Shown: piece by piece, positions 10,441 through 16,129 of the stretch
How positions within the stretch are numbered: the stretch's first letter is position 1
How the letters are laid out: every line of letters starts with the position of its first letter
Origin: Acutalibacteraceae bacterium
GTDB taxonomy: Bacteria > Bacillota > Clostridia > Oscillospirales > Acutalibacteraceae
Assembly (NCBI GenBank): GCA_045597065.1
Contig: JAZODO010000160.1
Span: 1 to 34,045, forward strand
Length of the DNA stretch: 34,045 nt
Direction of reading: 5' to 3'
Program-made: the position numbers and the translations under genes
Notes under the pieces: model-generated
Told to the model about the DNA's origin: nothing
Database searches by the model: none
The model's input: the letters and a program-made list of their open reading frames with translations, nothing else

Positions 10441-11646
10441 TTATGCTTCCTCCTTTTCCAAAACTTTTGCAAAACTTAAAAGTTCGCTTTCGGCAAAATA
10501 GTTGCCAACAAGTTGAATTCCGCCGGAAACTACCGCAGGCATACCTGTAATAGAAGCGGGCGCGGTATATGCGCTTTCTTCGAAAACGGTTCTAAACTGT
10601 TCGGCAAATTCTTCGCCGTCGAGAGTTTTTGCGGTAGAAACGTCGAGTTCTTTAGTTTGACTAAATGCGGGAATTAAGAGTGCGGTAAAGCCTTTTTCGA
10701 AAAGCGCGGTTAAAGCTTCTACCGCGAGTTTACGAATTTTAAGGGCCTTATCGTAGCAAGATTCGTATTTACCTTTAGAGAGTACGTCGGAACCGTAGAT
10801 AATGGTAGCTTTGGTTAAGAAGTTAAAGCCTTCGGTTCGGCTACCAACATAGAGTTCGTCGATATTTTTGTATTTTTCGGTTCTGTGGCCATATTTAACG
10901 CCATCGAAACGAGAAAGGTTATTGGTAGTTTCGGCCGACATTAGAATATTCCAAGCGGTTTGAATATCTTTTACAAGGGGAAGAGAGATTTCTTCTACTT
11001 CTACGCCCTGTTTTTTAAGTTCTTCGGCAGTATCAAGTAGTTTTACCTTAGCCTCATTAGTAGCAAGGTTTAAAAGTTCTTTAATAATAGCAACCTTTTT
11101 ACCCTTTACAGAAAGGCCTGTATTATATTCGTATTTTTCGGTTTTAAGTGAGGTTCCGTCTTTAGAGTCGAAACCTGATACTACGCCTAAAACTTCGGCA
11201 GCGGTATCGGCATTTTTAGCAGTAACGCCAATTTGTTCTCCCGAACAAGCGCAAGCGATAACACCATAACGGGAAACAGTACCGTAGGTGGGCTTTACAA
11301 AGGTAACTCCCTTTATTGCGGCGGCACGACGGGGCGCACCGTTTAAATCAACATTTAAAGCGGCTTTTACCGCGCCTTCGGCTACAAGAGCGGCAGCGGC
11401 ACAAGTTTCATTTTCAGAAGTTTCGCCGTAAAGGTCGAGCCCGAATTCGCCAACAGCGGTTTTACCCGAAAGGGTGTAACCGGCAGCGGTAAGTTTTTCT
11501 ACTGCGGTTGCAGTAAATAAGGGAACAAAGTTTTTAAGCATTTTAGAACCGGCAGTTGCAGGATAGCCTTTTACTAAAATAGTATCGTCTACCGCGATGT
11601 TGCCGTTTTTACTGATTTCTGTAATATATTTAGCCAATTTACACAC
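10441..11646 (-). CDS. gatA: GatA-like amidase-family protein, N-terminally truncated and apparently lacking the Ser-cisSer-Lys triad
   Basis: Collinear with GatA (AGSKMLKNFVPLFTATAVEKL, KPTYGTVSRYG, NLSRFDGVKYG, SRTEGF) and placed between gatC and gatB. It is about 400 aa and has no GGSSGGS loop. The start is ambiguous: GTG at 11646, or TTG at 11637 with better RBS spacing. Confidence 0.75.
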   Translation of the reverse strand: MCKLAKYITEISKNGNIAVDDTILVKGYPATAGSKMLKNFVPLFTATAVEKLTAAGYTLSGKTAVGEFGLDLYGETSENETCAAAALVAEGAVKAALNVDLNGAPRRAAAIKGVTFVKPTYGTVSRYGVIACACSGEQIGVTAKNADTAAEVLGVVSGFDSKDGTSLKTEKYEYNTGLSVKGKKVAIIKELLNLATNEAKVKLLDTAEELKKQGVEVEEISLPLVKDIQTAWNILMSAETTNNLSRFDGVKYGHRTEKYKNIDELYVGSRTEGFNFLTKATIIYGSDVLSKGKYESCYDKALKIRKLAVEALTALFEKGFTALLIPAFSQTKELDVSTAKTLDGEEFAEQFRTVFEESAYTAPASITGMPAVVSGGIQLVGNYFAESELLSFAKVLEKEEA

Positions 11647-11652
11647 CTACCT

Positions 11653-13758
11653 TTACTTTACGAGTCTGGGAACCTGCCAACTATCTTCGGTAGCCTGAGG
11701 AGCGCCCGAAAGTAGGTCGGCACGGGAGAAGGGTTGTTTTCTTTCGTCGGTTCTAAGAACATTGGTCATAGGACGAACGTGAACCATAGATTCGGTATTT
11801 TCGGTATCTACCTTACCGAGTTCTTCTTCTTTAAGGGCCATGTTTTTAAAGATTTTTTCCATAGCCTTCTTTTCGTCGGTATCAAATTTAAGTTGGTTTA
11901 CCTGTTCGAGTGCATCGAGTTTTGCTTTACCCGAAGTAACCCCGGCTTTAGAGGCAGAAACGGCCGAAGCAAAAGCCGAGCCATCGCCCGCAGAACCGAA
12001 GGTATCGGCACCTTCTTTACCGCGAATAGCAACGTTGGCTTCGAATAGTTGAAGTTCGGTAACTTCGCTTGGAGCGCCAAGTAACTGGTCTTGGGCGGCG
12101 CCATCTAGCGGGAATGCGATAACGTCGCGAATGGTTTCGGTGTCGGCTAAAAGCATTACAATACGGTCGACACCGGGGGCCATACCTGCATGAGGGGGCG
12201 CACCGAATTGGAAAGCGTTATAAAGCGCAGAGAAACGCTTTTCAACTTCGCTTTCTTCGTAGCCCGCAATAGAGAAGGCCTTTCTCATAATTTCGGGGCT
12301 GTGGTTACGAACTGCACCGGATGCAAGTTCTATACCGTTACAAACAAGGTCGTACTGGTAGGCGTTAATTGTACAAGGGTCTTTTGTTTCGAGCGCTTCG
12401 AGTCCGCCTTGGGGCATTGAGAAGGGGTTGTGGGTAAAGATGATGCTGTCGGTAGTTTCGTCGAGTTCGTACATAGGGAAATCTACAACGAAGCAGAATT
12501 CGAAAGAATCTTTATTGATAAGGCCGAGTTCGTTACCAAGCCAGGTACGAATAACACCTGCGTTTTTGTCGGCAGTGCCGGACACGTTGTCGCAAATGAA
12601 GAAGATTGTTTCTCCCTCTTTAACGCCGGTTAGTTCTACGATTTCGCGTTTTTGTTCGTCAGATAAAACCTTTGAAATCGGGTCGTCTTTAAAGGTATAG
12701 GTAGCGGCATCGAGTAAAGTGATATGAGCAAGGCCTGCCATTTTTGCTTGTTTTTGAGCAAAGTCGAGCGATTTATCGAAGAACCAACGCTCTGCCTTAC
12801 AAGGAGCAACAATACCGCGAACGGGTTTGTTCATAAAGGGTTTAAAGGGAGCGCGGGTAAAGAAATCGGAAAGGTCGCAAATAATAAGGGGGTTTCTAAG
12901 GTCGGGCTTATCGGAGCCGTATTTAGCCATTGCTTCGGCAAAGGGAATTCTTCTAAAAGGGGTAGAAGAAATAGGCTTATCAGAGAAGGTTCTAAACACA
13001 TCGGCAACAACCGATTCACAAACTTCCAGAACTTCATCTTGGGTAGCAAAGGCCATTTCGAAGTCGAGCTGATAGAACTCGCCGGGGGAACGGTCGGCAC
13101 GAGCATCTTCGTCTCTAAAACAGGGGGCAATTTGGAAATAACGGTCGAAACCGGACACCATTAAAAGTTGTTTAAATTGCTGAGGTGCTTGGGGAAGAGC
13201 GTAGAATTTACCCGGATGTTTACGAGAAGGTACAAGGAAGTCGCGAGCGCCTTCGGGAGAAGAGGCGGTTAGAATAGGAGTTTGAATATCTAAAAATCCG
13301 CGTTCTTCCATAAGGCGGCGCATATGGCCGATAACCTTACTGCGAAGAATAATATTATCGTGAAGTTTTTTAGAACGTAGGTCTAAAAAGCGGTGTTTAA
13401 GACGGATGTTTTCGTTAGTATTTACCGCGCCTACTTCAAAGGGTAAATCTCTGGTACAAGCGCCGAGTACGGTTACGCTATCGGCTACAAGTTCTACGTC
13501 GCCTGTTGCGATTTTTGGGTTTTCGGTTCCCGCATCACGAAGGGTAACGGTACCCTTTGTAGAAATAACGGTTTCTTTGGCGATTCCTTTAAGCAGGTTT
13601 TCGTTATGAACAACTACCTGGGTTACGCCCGTTTCGTCGCGCAAATCGACAAACAAAACTCCGCCGTGGTCGCGAATTACTTCGACCCAGCCTGCGAGTT
13701 CTACCGTTTGACCGATATGCTCTTTTCTTATTTCGTTGCAACGATGAGTTCTATACAT
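11653..13758 (-). CDS. aspS: Aspartyl-tRNA synthetase (bacterial type with GAD insertion) fused in frame to a C-terminal GatC domain
   Basis: Starts at MYRTHRCNEIRKEHIGQTVELAGWV (GGAGG RBS). Class II motifs are present (FRDEDARADRSPGEFYQLDFE; GAPPHAGMAPGVDRIVML). After ...EANVAIR comes a 34-aa G/A/S-rich linker (nt 11920-12021), then 88 aa of GatC-like sequence (nt 11656-11919) ending VHVRPMTNVLRTDERKQPFSRADLLSGAPQATEDSWQVPRLVK. The 42 codons upstream of the ATG in the ORF track cover the T-box terminator and are not coding. Confidence 0.85.
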   Translation of the reverse strand: MYRTHRCNEIRKEHIGQTVELAGWVEVIRDHGGVLFVDLRDETGVTQVVVHNENLLKGIAKETVISTKGTVTLRDAGTENPKIATGDVELVADSVTVLGACTRDLPFEVGAVNTNENIRLKHRFLDLRSKKLHDNIILRSKVIGHMRRLMEERGFLDIQTPILTASSPEGARDFLVPSRKHPGKFYALPQAPQQFKQLLMVSGFDRYFQIAPCFRDEDARADRSPGEFYQLDFEMAFATQDEVLEVCESVVADVFRTFSDKPISSTPFRRIPFAEAMAKYGSDKPDLRNPLIICDLSDFFTRAPFKPFMNKPVRGIVAPCKAERWFFDKSLDFAQKQAKMAGLAHITLLDAATYTFKDDPISKVLSDEQKREIVELTGVKEGETIFFICDNVSGTADKNAGVIRTWLGNELGLINKDSFEFCFVVDFPMYELDETTDSIIFTHNPFSMPQGGLEALETKDPCTINAYQYDLVCNGIELASGAVRNHSPEIMRKAFSIAGYEESEVEKRFSALYNAFQFGAPPHAGMAPGVDRIVMLLADTETIRDVIAFPLDGAAQDQLLGAPSEVTELQLFEANVAIRGKEGADTFGSAGDGSAFASAVSASKAGVTSGKAKLDALEQVNQLKFDTDEKKAMEKIFKNMALKEEELGKVDTENTESMVHVRPMTNVLRTDERKQPFSRADLLSGAPQATEDSWQVPRLVK

Positions 13759-14005
13759 TAAATTGCCTCCATATTGCTTTTTATAAACAAAAAATAAAGC
13801 CCCGAGAATACCAAAAAGTATTCTCGGGACGAATAGAATAAAATATCCGCGGTGCCACCCGGTTTGGTGTTTTACTAAAAACACCCGCTTTTATATTTAG
13901 TTGAGACGGCGACGAAGCGTTCCCTACTTACTACTTATCTGAAACGCGCTTTCAGTCGGCGACGCGTTCTCCCTGGCAGACTTTCCAAAAAAGCAGAGTC
14001 TTCGT
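13759..14005 (-). promoter_or_regulatory. T-box riboswitch leader (tRNA-sensing); best-fitting specifier codon AAC (Asn) at 13919-13921
   Basis: Minus-strand RNA contains the T-box sequence AAACCGGGUGGCACCGCGG (13847-13865). It also has an AG-bulge-like AGGGAGA, a distal-loop-like GACUGAAAG, and a terminator/antiterminator pair. AAC followed by a purine (G) sits immediately 5' of CUUCGU, which can pair with ACGAAG at the 5' end. Confidence 0.8.
13788..13828 (-). terminator. T-box leader terminator (attenuator) hairpin
   Basis: Minus-strand RNA forms cccgagaauac(uuuuug)guauucucggg, an 11-bp perfect stem, followed by GCUUUAUUUUUU. It lies 30 nt upstream of the aspS ATG. Its 5' arm is preceded by UUCGUCCC, the usual antiterminator 3' strand. 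Confidence 0.8.
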
Positions 14006-14010
14006 TTATT

Positions 14011-14038
14011 ATTATACCAAAAAAGTTTAATTTGTCAA
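14011..14038 (-). promoter_or_regulatory. Sigma-A-type promoter of the T-box/aspS-gatC-gatA-gatB operon
   Basis: The minus strand reads TTGACA, a 16-nt spacer, then TATAAT, with TGg just upstream of the -10 (extended -10). Confidence 0.6.
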
Positions 14039-14071
14039 CAAATTTTAACTTCCAAATAAGCCCAAAAACCA

Positions 14072-14752
14072 TTAAAAAATAGTTTTAATACAGGTTTTAA
14101 TATCGGAAACAAAGTTAAAGTTTTTAAGGTAATCTAAATTATAAATCATTTTTTCGGGTAGAATTTTTTCTATATAAGCTTTATCTACCGAAAGGCCCGA
14201 ATTTATGAGTTCGGCCATTTTTTCGTCTTCGTTTCTAAAAGCGATACTCGCAAGCGAGGTTATACCTGCCGGAAGAAGCAAGGTAGCATACATTTCGGGG
14301 GTATAGGCATTAACATATCGGCGAACTTCGGGGCGGGTTCCAACAAAGGACATTTGGCCCGAAAAAACGTTAAAGAGTTGAGGGATTTCGTCGAGCCTTG
14401 AAGCGCGAATTTTTAAACCAACTCGGGTAATTCTACTATCGCCCGAAACGGTAATTAAAGCGCCCTTTTGGTCGGCATTTTGGACCATTGTTCTAAACTT
14501 TAAAATTTTAAAGGTTTTACCAAGGCTCGTTACCCTTTCGCTCTTATAAAGAACGGGGCCTTTAGAATCGAGTTTTATCCAAACCGATAGTACGAGCATT
14601 ACGGGGCTAAGCAGTATAATTAAAAGGCCCGAAGCCAAAATATCGAAAGCTCGTTTTAAAAAACGGGAAAAGGCCTTTTTCTTTAAAATGTTATAATAGG
14701 GGCGAACCTCTTCGGTTTGCATATAAGTTGGAAGCGATTCCCACCTTAACAT
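14072..14752 (-). CDS. Small monotopic phosphoglycosyl transferase (bacterial sugar transferase family, PglC/EpsL/WbaP-C-terminal type)
   Basis: 226 aa: KRAFDILASGLLIILLSPVMLVLSVWIKLDSKGPVLYKSERV...FKILKFRTM...DEIPQLFNVFSGQMSFVGTRP, the canonical re-entrant helix plus catalytic core. The ATG overlaps the aminotransferase stop by 7 nt. Confidence 0.85.
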   Translation of the reverse strand: MLRWESLPTYMQTEEVRPYYNILKKKAFSRFLKRAFDILASGLLIILLSPVMLVLSVWIKLDSKGPVLYKSERVTSLGKTFKILKFRTMVQNADQKGALITVSGDSRITRVGLKIRASRLDEIPQLFNVFSGQMSFVGTRPEVRRYVNAYTPEMYATLLLPAGITSLASIAFRNEDEKMAELINSGLSVDKAYIEKILPEKMIYNLDYLKNFNFVSDIKTCIKTIF

Positions 14753-15951
14753 TTAACTTCCTCCACACAAGAGATGAAATTTTCGATAATAAAATCGATT
14801 TGTTCATCGGTTAAACGGGTATAAAGAGGCAGGGTTATTTCGTTTTCGTAGTGGGCGTAGGCGTTGGGGTAATCTTCCATTTTAAAGCCCATATTTTTGT
14901 AGGCTGTTAACATTGGAAGGGGCTTATAGTGTACGTTACAAGCGATTTCCCTTTCGGCCATTTTTTCGATTATAAGGTTACGCTGTTTTAGAGTTATGCC
15001 CTTAATTCGAACGATATAAAGGTGACCGCTAGAGGTGTGATTTTCGCTTTTATGGCATAGAGTTTCTATACCAAGTTTAGCAAAAGCCTTATTATATTTT
15101 TCTATAATTTCTTGGCGGCGAATTAGCATTTCCTCGTAACGTTTTAGTTGCATTATACCTATTGCGGCAGCAATATCGGTCATATTACACTTATACGCGG
15201 GGGCTATAATATCGTATTCCCAAGAACCGGGTTTGTTTTTACTAAGGGCCGAACGAGTTTGACCGTGAAGAGATAACATTCTAAACTCGTTATATAAAAG
15301 GTTATTATCGATATCTTTAATATCGCGCCAGGTAACCGCGCCGCCTTCGGCCGTAGTAAGGTTTTTAACGGCATGGAAAGAAAAGGCGGTAAAGTCGGCA
15401 ATATTACCCGCGTTTACGCCATTTTTAATTGCGCCAAAACCGTGAGCCGAGTCGGCCACAACGGCAATTCGGCCAAAAATTTGTTGAAGACCGGGGGTTG
15501 GGCAGAAAAGGTGTTTTTTATTTTTAACAACACTAAAAATAGTATCGTAGTCGCAAATTACGCCGCCTAGGTCTACCGCGATAATTGCCTTGGTTTTTTC
15601 GGTAATGGCGGCTTCCATTTTACAATAGTCCATTTCTAAACTATCTTTTTGGCAATCGACCATAACGGGAGTAGCGCCAACATGGCAAATTACGCTACAC
15701 GAAGCGGTATAGGTATATGCGGGAACAATAACTTCGTCGCCCTTACCTATTCCTAAAACGCGAAGGGTAAGTTCTAGCGCGGCGGTAGCAGAATTTAGAC
15801 AAACCGCTTTATTTGTACCGCAATACTCGGCTATTTTATTTTCAAATTCTACCGCTTTAGGGCCGGTAGTAATCCAACCGGAGAGTATAGTATCTCTAAC
15901 AAAGTTGGCTTCCTTTTCGGTCATATCGGGCGGCGAAAAAGGTATATACAT
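14746..15951 (-). CDS. DegT/DnrJ/EryC1/StrS-family PLP-dependent sugar aminotransferase
   Basis: 401 aa with N-terminal IPFSPPDMTEKE...SGWITTGPK, NSATAALELTLR, and FSFHAVKNLTTAEGG (PLP-lysine motif). GGAGG RBS. Confidence 0.9.
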   Translation of the reverse strand: MYIPFSPPDMTEKEANFVRDTILSGWITTGPKAVEFENKIAEYCGTNKAVCLNSATAALELTLRVLGIGKGDEVIVPAYTYTASCSVICHVGATPVMVDCQKDSLEMDYCKMEAAITEKTKAIIAVDLGGVICDYDTIFSVVKNKKHLFCPTPGLQQIFGRIAVVADSAHGFGAIKNGVNAGNIADFTAFSFHAVKNLTTAEGGAVTWRDIKDIDNNLLYNEFRMLSLHGQTRSALSKNKPGSWEYDIIAPAYKCNMTDIAAAIGIMQLKRYEEMLIRRQEIIEKYNKAFAKLGIETLCHKSENHTSSGHLYIVRIKGITLKQRNLIIEKMAEREIACNVHYKPLPMLTAYKNMGFKMEDYPNAYAHYENEITLPLYTRLTDEQIDFIIENFISCVEEVKC

Positions 15952-16010
15952 TTCATAACCTCCTATATGGCGGGTTAATGCATCATAAAATAATATGACA
16001 GTTCAGTATT

Positions 16011-16038
16011 ATTATAGCACAATTTGTTAGTTTTTCAA
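16011..16038 (-). promoter_or_regulatory. Sigma-A-type promoter for the aminotransferase/PGT pair
   Basis: The minus strand reads TTGAAA, a 16-nt spacer, then TATAAT, preceded by TGc (extended -10). Confidence 0.5.
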
Positions 16039-16080
16039 CATAATTTACAGATAATTCAAAATTTGTTGACAAATATTTCT

Positions 16081-16114
16081 AAAAAGAAACCCCGTACATT
16101 CTTGTACGGGGTTT
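16081..16114 (-). terminator. Intrinsic terminator after the EF-G-like gene
   Basis: 12-bp perfect stem aaaccccgtaca/tgtacggggttt with a 4-nt loop. The minus-strand RNA is followed by UUCUUUUU. It lies 16 nt downstream of the stop at 16130. Confidence 0.8.
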
Positions 16115-16129
16115 TAAGGTTATTGGTTT

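Noticed and set aside
13759-13884. The ORF-track start of the aspS frame (MFLVKHQTGWHRGYFILFVPRILFGILGALFFVYKKQYGGNL...) adds 42 residues.
   Set aside because: This stretch is the T-box sequence and the terminator hairpin read through in frame. The ATG at 13758 has a GGAGG RBS and yields the canonical AspRS N-terminus (MYRTHRCNEIR).
13946-13948. GAC (Asp codon) in the T-box leader as the specifier.
   Set aside because: In my fold it lies in the distal loop (GACUGAAAG) on the ascending side of Stem I, not in the Specifier loop. It is followed by U rather than a purine. AAC at 13919-13921 fits the architecture better, but this needs a covariance-model check.
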